Source: a virus (taxonomy: Duplodnaviria; Caudoviricetes). Taken from it: DNA of 64,000 bases. The stretch lies in the IMG/VR virus record IMGVR_UViG_3300022666_000141, positions 1,367-65,366 of that record. The stretch is one strand, 5' to 3'. Shown in pieces: positions 52,967 through 62,636 of the stretch. The position numbers and the translations under genes are program-made. Each line of letters opens with the position of its first letter. Position 1 is the stretch's first letter. Under the pieces are notes generated by a model that saw nothing but the letters and a program-made list of their open reading frames with translations, was not told where the DNA came from and did no database searches.

Positions 52967-54351
52967 CACAATTCACTCCAAAAACAGTAGAAGCTTACAA
53001 CTTATTCCATGAAGGTATGTTAGCTCTTGCAAGAGCTGAACGAAATGGGATATGTTGTGACGTCGAATACTGCGAAAAAATGAAAGACCATCTTACAAGA
53101 CAAATTGCACGTCTCGAAAAACAAATGAGACAATCCAATCTCATGAAACGTTGGCGTGGTAAATATGGACCTCGCTTCAAACTGGGAAGTGGCCAACAAC
53201 TGGCAGACATTCTATTCAACGAGATGGGATTGGAATCTGTGAAAGATACAGAAGAAGGAGCTGCGAGCACCGATGAAGAAGCCCTGGATGCTTTAGCAGT
53301 ATCTGTACCTGAATTGTATGACTTTCTACGAATCAGAAAATTAACGAAAGCAAGAGATACATATCTTAATGGGTTCCTCACAGAACAAGTATATGGGGTA
53401 ATTCATACGAACTTCAATCTACATTTTGCACGTTCCTTTAGGCCGTCCACTGATTCGCCAAACCTGGCGAATGTTCCAAAACGAAATCCTGAAATCCAGA
53501 GAATAGTTAGAAGAGCGATACGCCCTCGACCAGGACACAAAATACTTAGCGCTGACTTTAAAGGAATTGAAGTTGGTATTTCTTGTTGTTATAACCTCGA
53601 TCCAGTTCTAATCTCTTATGTTAAAGACAAGACGAAGGACATGCACCGTGATATGGCAGGGCGTCTTTACCTTGTAGACATGCTTAAATTGCATGATGAC
53701 CTTCCCAAGTGGTATAAGATGCTTCGACATAGTGGAAAGAACGAATTCGTATTTCCTGAATTCTATGGAGATTGGTGGAAATCTTGTGCTGGGGCTTTAT
53801 GGACTAGTGCTCATAATTACGTCGTTTGGAATGACGAGCCACTCATCGAATATCTTCGCAGACAACACAATATTCGATCTCTGGAACAATTTGAACGCCA
53901 TGTAGAAGAAGTTGAGAACTGGTTCTGGAAAAAGAACTTCAAAGTCTACGATCAATGGAAGGCCGATTGGTGGGATGCATACTGCAAACAAGGATATTTT
54001 GACACACTTACAGGATTTCGTTGTTCCGCAATAATGGATCGAAAACAAGCGTGTAATTATCCAGTACAAGGCAGCGCATTTCATTGCATGCTTCAATGTA
54101 TTATTTGGATGGATGAGGATAGTATCAAAGAAAACTGGGATTCTTACATCTGTAATCAAATCTATGATGATCTCATGATGGACGTTCATCCCAAGGAAGA
54201 ACGAATGATTGTTGACAGAATGAAATTATACATGACAGAAAGACTTCCAGAACATTTCAAATGGATCAATGTGCCTATGGGAGTAGAAATAGAATCGACA
54301 AAAGTAGATGGAACTTGGTACGATAAATCGGAAGATTATCTTTTCCAGTGA
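52963..54351 (+). CDS. polA: Family A DNA polymerase, polymerase domain
   Basis: PNLANVP.R, motif A ADFKGIE, motif B R...KNEFVFPEFYG, NYPVQGSA, motif C QIYDD. Confidence 0.9.
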   Translation: MTQFTPKTVEAYNLFHEGMLALARAERNGICCDVEYCEKMKDHLTRQIARLEKQMRQSNLMKRWRGKYGPRFKLGSGQQLADILFNEMGLESVKDTEEGAASTDEEALDALAVSVPELYDFLRIRKLTKARDTYLNGFLTEQVYGVIHTNFNLHFARSFRPSTDSPNLANVPKRNPEIQRIVRRAIRPRPGHKILSADFKGIEVGISCCYNLDPVLISYVKDKTKDMHRDMAGRLYLVDMLKLHDDLPKWYKMLRHSGKNEFVFPEFYGDWWKSCAGALWTSAHNYVVWNDEPLIEYLRRQHNIRSLEQFERHVEEVENWFWKKNFKVYDQWKADWWDAYCKQGYFDTLTGFRCSAIMDRKQACNYPVQGSAFHCMLQCIIWMDEDSIKENWDSYICNQIYDDLMMDVHPKEERMIVDRMKLYMTERLPEHFKWINVPMGVEIESTKVDGTWYDKSEDYLFQ

Positions 54352-54356
54352 GGTGA

Positions 54357-54458
54357 ATGATGTCGTTGAAATATTGTCCTGAATGTGGAAACCTACTTCG
54401 TCATGAATGTGGGTGTTGTGTTTGTCCGTGTTGTGGTTGGTCCGAATGTTTCATGTGA
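54357..54458 (+). CDS. 33-aa Cys-rich zinc ribbon (not in ORF track)
   Basis: MMSLKYCPECGNLLRHECGCCVCPCCGWSECFM; GAGGTG RBS. Confidence 0.55.
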   Translation: MMSLKYCPECGNLLRHECGCCVCPCCGWSECFM

Positions 54459-54471
54459 AAGGGGAAATAGC

Positions 54472-54738
54472 ATGGTAGATTTCAATAAATTCAATGATCC
54501 TGTCGAAAAAGAAAAACGAAGAAATGCTCGATTAGAGAGAGAAAAACAGATGGAAGCCCATGAGAAAGCTTGTCGACTTATGGCGGCGAAGCTCTATGAA
54601 TTGGTGGAGAACGATCGCATCGATAACGATTTCGATGTTCGATTCATAACCAACGTGCATGCTCGAATCAACGCCGGCCTTCCACTTTCCGAAAAACAGG
54701 AGAATTACTTAGAAGAATGTTTCCATAACAAATACTAG
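54472..54738 (+). CDS. Hypothetical protein
   Basis: GGGG RBS then MVDFNKF. Confidence 0.55.
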   Translation: MVDFNKFNDPVEKEKRRNARLEREKQMEAHEKACRLMAAKLYELVENDRIDNDFDVRFITNVHARINAGLPLSEKQENYLEECFHNKY

Positions 54739-54752
54739 GAGGAATACTGACA

Positions 54753-55691
54753 ATGTCTCTCGCTATCAAACATCGACCGACGTCCTTAGAAGACGTCGCA
54801 GGCAATGAACAGACCGTCAAGTCGCTACAAGCGATTTTAGCACGGAAGAAAGGTGATATCCAGCACGCTTTCTTATTTGCAGGGCCTTCAGGGTGTGGCA
54901 AAACCACTTTGGCCAGAATAGTTGCGTCGGAATTGCAATGCGCCGGTCGAGACTACATAGAAGTTGACACTGGGCAATTCCGAGGCATTGATACGATCAG
55001 AGAAATTCGATCCAACATGATATACAAACCGTTGGAGAGTTCCTGTCGAATCTGGCTACTGGACGAATGCCATATGTTGGGTGCCGGTGGTGCTAGTGAG
55101 AAGAATGCAGCTCAGAATGCGCTTCTCAAAGCTCTGGAAGACTGTCCTCCCCACATATACTTTATTCTGGCCACAACGAACCCTGAAATGCTTCTGCCAA
55201 CCATACGAGGTCGTTGTGCAGAATTCGAAGTTGCCCCTCTCGATACGTCCGAAATGACCGATTTTCTTCAGAACATCTGTCGTGCCGAGAAACGTCGTGT
55301 GCCGCAAGACGTCATAAAGCTTATCGCAAGAGACAGTCTCGGCAGTTGTAGAAATGCATTACAAGTCCTGGACAAGGTTATTGATTTAGATCCTGATGAA
55401 ATGAAAGACGTTGCTGAACGCACAGCGGAAAAAGAAAATCAAGTAATCGATTTCTGTCGCAGTCTCATGAAAAGGGAGAAATGGCCGATCATCGCCGATA
55501 TCATCAAAGGACTTCAAAAAGAAGATCCCGAGAAAACACGTCTTGCAATCATGGGATATGCAAAAACAGTCGCATTGAACGAAAAAGATGCCAGTGCTGC
55601 GTACCTCATCCTGGATACCTTCAAAGATCCAACGTACTCCAATGGATGGGCTCAACTCGTTTGGGCAGCATATACTTGTATTGCAACTTAA
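54753..55691 (+). CDS. Clamp loader AAA+ (DnaX gamma/tau-like)
   Basis: KHRPTSLEDV.G, GPSGCGKTT, LLDECH, NALLKALE, TIRGRC, SCRNAL. Confidence 0.9.
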   Translation: MSLAIKHRPTSLEDVAGNEQTVKSLQAILARKKGDIQHAFLFAGPSGCGKTTLARIVASELQCAGRDYIEVDTGQFRGIDTIREIRSNMIYKPLESSCRIWLLDECHMLGAGGASEKNAAQNALLKALEDCPPHIYFILATTNPEMLLPTIRGRCAEFEVAPLDTSEMTDFLQNICRAEKRRVPQDVIKLIARDSLGSCRNALQVLDKVIDLDPDEMKDVAERTAEKENQVIDFCRSLMKREKWPIIADIIKGLQKEDPEKTRLAIMGYAKTVALNEKDASAAYLILDTFKDPTYSNGWAQLVWAAYTCIAT

Positions 55692-55705
55692 GCAATGAAG
55701 ATTTC

Positions 55706-55733
55706 TTGACTTTTGATTTAACATATTTAAAAT
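55706..55733 (+). promoter_or_regulatory. Sigma70-like promoter before the recombination operon
   Basis: TTGACT-16-TAAAAT in an AT-rich gap. Confidence 0.5.
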
Positions 55734-55778
55734 ATAAAGTCCAGTCAGGTTCTAAATCTATGTTTGGAAAGGAACATC

Positions 55779-56309
55779 ATGTCAGAATATGATTACAAGG
55801 AAGATGTAAATATTAACCCAGGGGAACTTGACGTCGAATGGTTGAAACAAGCCACCCTCTACGCTAAGTATTCTCAACTCGCCCCTGATGCCAACGATCG
55901 AGTTCGAAAACTCGAACAAAAATTGAAAGTGATTCGTTCCCAACTCATCCTGGAGGCATCTGAGAAAGGGGAAGAAATCCTCGGCAAAGGTGTCAAGCCA
56001 ACCGGCCAACCCATCGAAGCATATTACCGTACACACGAAAAACATATCGAGGCGAAAAAAGAATTATTCGAAGCGATGTACGAAGCCGAGATGATCAATA
56101 ACGCTTTATTCTCTCTACAACAAAAGAAAACAGCACTCGAGAATCTCACCAAGTTAGTTCTTTCGGGGTATTTTGCAGCCCCCTCAATTCCCAGAGAACT
56201 GGGCGAGCGTTGGAAAGAAGTCCTGGAAGTCGGGAAAGACAACCGACAAGAAACTGTCTCAGAACGCATGTTGTCCCGCAAAAGAAGAAGAAGTGAAACT
56301 ACCGAATAA
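55779..56309 (+). CDS. Helical UvsY-like recombination mediator
   Basis: ELDVEWLKQ..LY.KY..., coiled coil, L.QKKTALENL; lies with the SSB and RecA genes. Confidence 0.6.
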   Translation: MSEYDYKEDVNINPGELDVEWLKQATLYAKYSQLAPDANDRVRKLEQKLKVIRSQLILEASEKGEEILGKGVKPTGQPIEAYYRTHEKHIEAKKELFEAMYEAEMINNALFSLQQKKTALENLTKLVLSGYFAAPSIPRELGERWKEVLEVGKDNRQETVSERMLSRKRRRSETTE

Positions 56310-56482
56310 GAAAGGAGTGTGCATTGAAACTTCAGGACATCATTGCACGAATGAAACTCGTATCGGGCCGGAGTGTTGTGCGAAAAGCACACATCAGACA
56401 CCAGGGGGAGAAAGAAAAAGCACGGCGCCGGAAACAAATGGAAAAATTCATGACCACACCAACGAGAAAGGAGCAGTAATTC

Positions 56483-57601
56483 ATGGCAAGACGTGGAGAT
56501 GACAGAAGATCCAAGGCAAGGGAGATGGCCAAGAAACAGGCCGAAGAGAACAAGTACAGCGGAGGTTCCAATTACTTGAAACTTCCCGATGACTACACAT
56601 TCCTCAAAATCAAGAAAGGTACCATGGAACTTGATTTCATTCCTTTCGAGATTGCGAAATCGAAGACAGTGCCGGATACACCGAAACGGGATTTGCAGTT
56701 TGATGAAGGTGATCTGTGGTGGCATCGTTCCATCTTTGTTCACCGTAATGTAGGGCCGGAAAAGAAAACGGTCCTTTGCCCCAGGACATTCAAGAAACCG
56801 TGTCCTATTTGTGAAGAGCGACAAGCGCTCATGGACAGTGACTACGAGAGCAACAAGAAACTCATTGGGGATCTGAAACCCCAGCACAAAGATCTCATGT
56901 TTGCGATCGATCTCGGCGCCGAGAAAGAAGGCGTGAAAGTCGTGGAATTCTCGTATGCGAATCTTCGGGAAAAAATCGAGAACGAACTTCGAGAACAGAA
57001 TAAGGATGAATTCTACGATTTCTTTCAACTGGATCAGGGCTACACTCTTCGCATACGGTTCCTTGAAGAAACATTCAACAAAACCGTGTTCTTCAAAGCC
57101 GATCGCATTGACTTCGACAAGCGGAATGACTACAACGAAAACATTCTAAAAGAAACTTTCGATTTCGACGATTACCTGGTTCTTCTCCCTTACGAACAGC
57201 TCAACAAAATATTCCTGGGTATCGATGACGCCGACGACGAGCCGGCTGAGGAATCAAAATCGTCCCGGCGTCCTTCTCGGGACGAAAAAGAAGAAAGAAC
57301 ATCCAGGAGATCCAACCGAGAAGACGATCCTGAGCCCGAGAAAGAAACACGGTCTTCCAGACGCTCTAAACAAGACGATCCTGAACCCGAGAAAGAAACA
57401 CGGTCTTCTCGTCGGTCTTCCAGGGATGAGGATCCCGAACCTGAAAAAGAAGAAAAGAAGGGTGGCAGATGTCCTTCCGGCGGCGATTTCGGGTATGATT
57501 GCGACAAACTTGAAGCATGTCCTGACTGTCCGAAAGAAACCTGGGAAGCGTGCGCTGATGAATTCGACGATTTGAAGAAACAGGGCAAAATCAAGAAGTA
57601 A
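56483..57601 (+). CDS. Single-stranded DNA-binding protein (gp32-like) with a repetitive charged tail
   Basis: HRNVG....LCP.TF.KPCPICE, GYTL.IRF, FKADRIDF; DDPEPEKETRSSRR repeats. Confidence 0.72.
   Translation: MARRGDDRRSKAREMAKKQAEENKYSGGSNYLKLPDDYTFLKIKKGTMELDFIPFEIAKSKTVPDTPKRDLQFDEGDLWWHRSIFVHRNVGPEKKTVLCPRTFKKPCPICEERQALMDSDYESNKKLIGDLKPQHKDLMFAIDLGAEKEGVKVVEFSYANLREKIENELREQNKDEFYDFFQLDQGYTLRIRFLEETFNKTVFFKADRIDFDKRNDYNENILKETFDFDDYLVLLPYEQLNKIFLGIDDADDEPAEESKSSRRPSRDEKEERTSRRSNREDDPEPEKETRSSRRSKQDDPEPEKETRSSRRSSRDEDPEPEKEEKKGGRCPSGGDFGYDCDKLEACPDCPKETWEACADEFDDLKKQGKIKK
57321..57450 (+). repeat. 51-bp-period tandem repeat in the SSB tail
   Basis: AAGACGATCCTGA(G/A)CCCGAGAAAGAAACACGGTCTTC at 57321 and 57372, plus a degenerate third copy. 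Confidence 0.85.
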
Positions 57602-57635
57602 TCAATACGGCACCGAATATCAATTATTGAAGTTT

Positions 57636-57662
57636 AGGGGGGAAATCACAATTCCCCTCTAT
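57636..57662 (+). terminator. Probable terminator after SSB
   Basis: TAGGGGGGAA...TTCCCCTCTA followed by TTCTT. Confidence 0.5.
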
Positions 57663-57692
57663 TCTTGAATACTTGATTCCTGGGAGGGTGCT

Positions 57693-58088
57693 TTGAAACA
57701 ACATAAAAAACACCGCTCTATACTGACGGACCATGAAAAAGAGATATTAGAGGCATTGACAAAAAAAACACCACTATACATCATAGCAAAGAAACATGGA
57801 GTGCGCATACACTCTATTAAATATTGGTTACGACAACATGATAGAATAAAGGAGGTACTAAACTTGATACGAAGACGAGTAGCAGACGATGATCCTGTTT
57901 ATATGGATATTACTTCAGCAATGGATAAAGCAAAAGAAAAAGGCATGACAACAACAAGGGCAACAATGATACGATGGGTTGAGGAAAATCGACTTGGTTT
58001 CCAACCCGGCGGATCCAATTCCCCATGGTTTGTGGACAAGAAGAAGTTCCAAGATTTCATAGAAATGAAAAATCCAGGAGGGAATTAA
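57693..58088 (+). CDS. Double HTH protein
   Basis: LYIIAKKHGVRIHSIKYWL and TRATMIRWVE...WFVD (MerR/Xis-like). Confidence 0.6.
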   Translation: MKQHKKHRSILTDHEKEILEALTKKTPLYIIAKKHGVRIHSIKYWLRQHDRIKEVLNLIRRRVADDDPVYMDITSAMDKAKEKGMTTTRATMIRWVEENRLGFQPGGSNSPWFVDKKKFQDFIEMKNPGGN

Positions 58089-59188
58089 TGGCCAGATCTA
58101 TTCCCGCTGAAATAGCGGAACAAGTATCAGAAGAAGCAAAACAAAAGGTCTCTAAACGAGTTGTTAAAAAAATCAAAGAAGAAGATCTGGCGCCATCAGG
58201 ATCGACACTTCTCAATTTAGCTTGCAGCGATACTCCTCATGGTGCGTACGAATTGGGATCAATAGTTACAATTCCCGGCGCGTCCCAATCTGGGAAAACC
58301 ATTCTCAGTCTAACGTCATTAGCCGAAGCATCCTCGTTATCTCGATTCGATGAATATAAATTAATTCACGATGATGCGGAAGAGCGACGGGCGTTTGACC
58401 TTGTTTATCTTTTCGGGGAAAAAGTAGCAGACAGAATAGAAGAACCTCCCCTAGGAAATAGCCCAACTATACAAAAATTTCAGGCCAATGCACTCAATCT
58501 TTTGAAATCAAAAATTCCATTCATCTACGTCCTGGATAGTTTTGACAGCCTAAGCAGTGACGAAGAACTGGAAAAAGAAATGAGAAAAGCATTGGCCATG
58601 GCGAAAAGTGACGAGGCTGCAAAGAAGATTGCTGGCAGTTACAATACAGAAAAAGCAAAAATCGCTGGACAAATGTTGAGAATGGTGAATAATGATCTCA
58701 AGCATTCCAAATCTCTCATCATCATAATCCAACAACGTCGACAAAAAATCGGCGCCGGTCCTTTCGAGGAGAAATATACAACTTCTGGGGGAGAAGCCCC
58801 ATTCTTTTACAGCCAACATCAGGTATGGATATCTAAAACAAACTCAATAAAAGAACAAGGACAAGTCATCGGCAACACAGCATCTATCAAAATGAAGAAA
58901 AATTCTCTCACAGGAAAACTTCGGGACAATATTACATTCGATATATATTATGATTATGGGATTGACGACATCAGTTCCTGCGTTAATTTCTTACTTGAGA
59001 CTGGATACTGGAAAAAGAACGGCAACTACATCGTTGCCGAAGATCTGGACATTAAGGAAATGCGAACGAACTTGATCATAGAAATCGAAAAACGATCTTT
59101 GGAACGGCGCCTTATTAAGGCAACACATAATGCATGGAAACAACGTGAAGAACTCCTTAAATTAGACAGAAAACCAAGGTACGAATAA
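58088..59188 (+). CDS. recA: RecA/UvsX-like recombinase
   Basis: SGSTLLNLA, GASQSGKT, YVLDSFD, TTSGGEA..FY, YYDYGID. Confidence 0.85.
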   Translation: MARSIPAEIAEQVSEEAKQKVSKRVVKKIKEEDLAPSGSTLLNLACSDTPHGAYELGSIVTIPGASQSGKTILSLTSLAEASSLSRFDEYKLIHDDAEERRAFDLVYLFGEKVADRIEEPPLGNSPTIQKFQANALNLLKSKIPFIYVLDSFDSLSSDEELEKEMRKALAMAKSDEAAKKIAGSYNTEKAKIAGQMLRMVNNDLKHSKSLIIIIQQRRQKIGAGPFEEKYTTSGGEAPFFYSQHQVWISKTNSIKEQGQVIGNTASIKMKKNSLTGKLRDNITFDIYYDYGIDDISSCVNFLLETGYWKKNGNYIVAEDLDIKEMRTNLIIEIEKRSLERRLIKATHNAWKQREELLKLDRKPRYE

Positions 59189-59697
59189 TGAGACGGGTGC
59201 TCCGAGATTCAGCAAAAACTTACGTAGGCATCGATAATGGTGTATCGGGATCGGTAGGAGTAGTAGATTCTTCCGGTGTGTCTACAAACTTCTTAAGAAT
59301 TCCAATATTCGAATGTCAAGATTACAACAAGGAAAAGAAACGCATAAGCAGAATTGATACTGTTACTCTTGAGTACTGGCTTAAACAATTCTCGAATGTA
59401 ATGGTTCTTCTTGAACGCCCTATGAAAAATCCTGGCAGGTTCAATGCGTCTATCAGCGCACTACGAGCATTAGAAGCGACTCTGATTGTCCTAGAGCGTT
59501 TGGATTTTCCCCACATGTTTGTGGATAGTAAAGAATGGCAACAAGATTTGCTACCCAAGGGCGTCAAAGGTTCAGATGCCCTTAAAAAAGCGAGTTTAGA
59601 TATTGGGAAAAGACTATTCCCAGAATTCAAAGATTTGTATCATAATGATGCTGATGGAATACTCATCGCCGAATGGGGCCGGAGACAGAATTTCTAG
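59188..59697 (+). CDS. RuvC-like Holliday junction resolvase
   Basis: YVGIDNGVSG, LLERP, EWQ, DADGILIAE. Confidence 0.8.
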   Translation: MRRVLRDSAKTYVGIDNGVSGSVGVVDSSGVSTNFLRIPIFECQDYNKEKKRISRIDTVTLEYWLKQFSNVMVLLERPMKNPGRFNASISALRALEATLIVLERLDFPHMFVDSKEWQQDLLPKGVKGSDALKKASLDIGKRLFPEFKDLYHNDADGILIAEWGRRQNF

Positions 59698-60192
59698 ATG
59701 CAACTATACCACGTTGATACTAAATGGGGTTGTGGGGGGATTGTTGTTAACGAAGAACGAATTATACGATACCCACCCATCTTCTCTGCTCTTGTGCCAT
59801 TGCCACTAAAAACTTTAGTGAGGTACTATACCGTGACAAAAATAGTATTCGATGGTATAGAAAGAAAATGCTGGAACTGTTTTGAATCGATGGAACCAAC
59901 TGAAGAAATGTACTACTCTCATTGCCGGATGTACAAATGCCCAAGATGTGGAGCTAAATTCCTTTGGCATGAAGACCCAGCCATGGATGGAAGTTACGCT
60001 CAAAAACATAAGTATAAAGGGGAGCACTGTTTCGACTCGATATCTATGGAAAGTGACCCTGAATGCGGTGTATACGGTCCAAAGAAATATCCGGATCCTC
60101 CAGGTCCTGAAGGACCGTTCAGGAAAAGGATTGATGGTAAATCATTCCGCTGGCATAAGGGAAGGGGAAGGTGGGTGTTATGGGAGACCTAA
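59698..60192 (+). CDS. Hypothetical Zn-ribbon protein
   Basis: CWNC...CPRCG. Confidence 0.55.
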   Translation: MQLYHVDTKWGCGGIVVNEERIIRYPPIFSALVPLPLKTLVRYYTVTKIVFDGIERKCWNCFESMEPTEEMYYSHCRMYKCPRCGAKFLWHEDPAMDGSYAQKHKYKGEHCFDSISMESDPECGVYGPKKYPDPPGPEGPFRKRIDGKSFRWHKGRGRWVLWET

Positions 60193-60380
60193 GAAAAATA
60201 GACGGGGCCGGAAATAAGAACAGGTCCGCTGAAGCACTAAGGGAAATGCAAGCAAACATCTTACAAATGATTGAATACATGAAAATGACAGCTGTACTTC
60301 ATCGAACCAAGTACGATGCACTACTTGAACAAGGTTTTGATAAAAAACAGGCGTTGGAACTCTGTAAAACGCTATTCTAA
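60171..60380 (+). CDS. Small hypothetical protein
   Basis: 69-aa helical ORF. Confidence 0.5.
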   Translation: MGVMGDLRKIDGAGNKNRSAEALREMQANILQMIEYMKMTAVLHRTKYDALLEQGFDKKQALELCKTLF

Positions 60381-60392
60381 GGTGGGTTGCTT

Positions 60393-61466
60393 ATGATAAA
60401 ATCAATAACTCTTGAAAATTTTCAGTCGCACGAAAAAACCACCATCGATTTCAGTGAAGGAGTCAACGCCATCATTGGTCTATCTGATTCTGGAAAGACG
60501 GCCATACTCCGTGCAATTCGATGGGTTATGATCAATAAACCATCAGGGGAAGAATTCCGATCCTACTGGGGTGGGGATACCATCGCCAGCCTCAAATTTG
60601 ATAATGAGATAAAAGTGACCCGAGGCCGGTCCAACTCTGACAATTACTATATGTTAGACCTGCCTGGTAATGTTAAGAATGCACACCAAGAGTTTCGAGC
60701 CTTCGGACAGGACATGCCAGATGAAATCAAGAAAGTTATTGATATTTCTGACGTCAATATGGCCGCTCAGATGGACGCTCCTTTCTTGATCAGTTCCAAC
60801 CCCGGTGAAGTCGCCCAGACTTTGAACAGGATTGTCAACCTTGACGTTATTGACCGTGCCGTAAGTAGCGTCAGAAAAGAAAAGATGGAAGCCGATCGAA
60901 TGGTTCGCCAATGTGAGGAAACCCACGTTGACTTGCATGTTCAGTTAGAAGGATTCAATTACCTCGAACAGATGGAAAGTGACGTTGTGGTTCTTGAAAT
61001 GTTGACAAGTAGCAAGGAGAAAAAAGCCTCATCCTTGGCAACGCTCAAGCAAGTCATCTCACAGATTAAGAACTTGGATGACGAATTACACGACTGCTAT
61101 AGGTTACTCAAGGCTGAAAAAAGCGTTGCCCTCCTCTATGCCCACCAGGAATATGTTGAGAAAAAAAAGGTGGACCAGCGTGCCCTTTTGGACATGACTA
61201 CAACAATTCGTCGGAACCAACAAACCATCACCCAGTTTCACAAATATGAAAAGGCCCAAAAAATAGTTGACCAGTTACTATCATCTGTCGAAGACGCAGG
61301 TCGGTTGTGTACTACAGTCGATACACTTAACAACTTGATATGGGACGTTCGTGAAACTATCAAGAAAAAAGATAACTGGGTTGGGGAGTACGAACGGGTG
61401 AAAGAAGAATTCGACAAGATATTCCCCGACACGTGCCCGTTGTGCGGACAGGAGGTGAAACAATAA
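60393..61466 (+). CDS. SbcC/Rad50 N-terminal half (Walker A, Q-loop, coil, CxxC hook)
   Basis: ENFQSH, GLSDSGKT, AAQMD, C-terminal CPLCGQ. Confidence 0.88.
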   Translation: MIKSITLENFQSHEKTTIDFSEGVNAIIGLSDSGKTAILRAIRWVMINKPSGEEFRSYWGGDTIASLKFDNEIKVTRGRSNSDNYYMLDLPGNVKNAHQEFRAFGQDMPDEIKKVIDISDVNMAAQMDAPFLISSNPGEVAQTLNRIVNLDVIDRAVSSVRKEKMEADRMVRQCEETHVDLHVQLEGFNYLEQMESDVVVLEMLTSSKEKKASSLATLKQVISQIKNLDDELHDCYRLLKAEKSVALLYAHQEYVEKKKVDQRALLDMTTTIRRNQQTITQFHKYEKAQKIVDQLLSSVEDAGRLCTTVDTLNNLIWDVRETIKKKDNWVGEYERVKEEFDKIFPDTCPLCGQEVKQ

Positions 61467-61642
61467 TGAATAAACTGTTTTTCTTACTGAGTGAAGAGCT
61501 CGAAAAAGAAGCGAATTCGTGCAACTCGTATGCCCAGATTCCATCTGCACCGAAATTTCAGAGGAATGATTTGTATGTTCGTGCTGGATTGCTTTATTCC
61601 TTGAGCAAAGTCTGTAAGAATGTAGCAAAACAGTACGAATAA
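61466..61642 (+). CDS. Small hypothetical protein
   Basis: 58-aa ORF coupled to the upstream gene. Confidence 0.45.
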   Translation: MNKLFFLLSEELEKEANSCNSYAQIPSAPKFQRNDLYVRAGLLYSLSKVCKNVAKQYE

Positions 61643-61739
61643 TACAATCCAAAGAGGGTAGCAACGAATTGCCCAAGGCATAAGTTAGCAAAAAACCATT
61701 CGGGACTTTTCCATACGCACGTGATCAGAAGGAATCAAA

Positions 61740-62636
61740 ATGAAACCAACAGCCATAATCACCTCTGATATAGGTTTGCAGGAAGGACAACCGATTTGCC
61801 GGCTTGACGATTACTGGGCGGCACAAGGTTATAAACTTGCTTGGTTAAAAGCGTTACAAGAGGAATACGATGTCCCCATCCTTGATGCTGGTGACTTGTT
61901 CGAGCATTGGAAACCATCTCCGTACTTGCTCAAATGGGCGTTGGAAAATTTACCTGATGGGATCATTACTATTCCAGGCAACCATGACTTACCAGCTCAC
62001 AATCTAGATTTATACGAAAAGTCGGGCCTTGCCGTTCTTGAAGCGGCTGGGAAAATTGAAGTTCTAAAACAAGATGATGTTAAAGACATGAACCACGAAG
62101 TGTTCGTTTATTCTTTTCCTTGGGGCATGGAGACAACCGGACTTAGCGAATCTCGCAGACCAGACGTGTGCCATGTTGCCCTTGTCCACACCATGACCTA
62201 CATTGGACGGTCATATCCCGGTTGCAAGGACCCGGGTGCCTTGCAATTGTTAAAAAAGATGGAGGGATTTGACCTCATCATCGTCGGCCACAATCACCAA
62301 CACTTCATGGTCAATTACAAGGATAGAAAATTAATTAGTCCAGGTTCACTAACCAGAACAACAGCTGACCAGATTGACTATCAACCCAACGTGTTCTTAT
62401 GGTATGCCGACACCAACGATATCGTTCCAGTCCCAGTTCCCATCGAGAAGGGTGTCATCAGCCGGGAACATATCGACTCAGCTGCTCAGAAGGATGAACG
62501 AATTGAAGCTTTCGTGTCCAGGCTCAGCGACGAGATGGAAATCGGCCTATCATTCGAGCAAAACCTTGAGAATTATTTCAGTACGCATCGATCACGACAA
62601 GGTGTGAAAGACATTGTATGGGGGGCTGTAAGATGA
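61740..62636 (+). CDS. SbcD/Mre11 metallophosphoesterase nuclease
   Basis: TSDIG, AGDLF, PGNHD, GHNH, SPGS. Confidence 0.88.
   Translation: MKPTAIITSDIGLQEGQPICRLDDYWAAQGYKLAWLKALQEEYDVPILDAGDLFEHWKPSPYLLKWALENLPDGIITIPGNHDLPAHNLDLYEKSGLAVLEAAGKIEVLKQDDVKDMNHEVFVYSFPWGMETTGLSESRRPDVCHVALVHTMTYIGRSYPGCKDPGALQLLKKMEGFDLIIVGHNHQHFMVNYKDRKLISPGSLTRTTADQIDYQPNVFLWYADTNDIVPVPVPIEKGVISREHIDSAAQKDERIEAFVSRLSDEMEIGLSFEQNLENYFSTHRSRQGVKDIVWGAVR

Noticed and set aside
56024-57028. 334-aa minus-strand ORF
   Set aside because: Antisense to the UvsY-like and SSB genes; no motifs.
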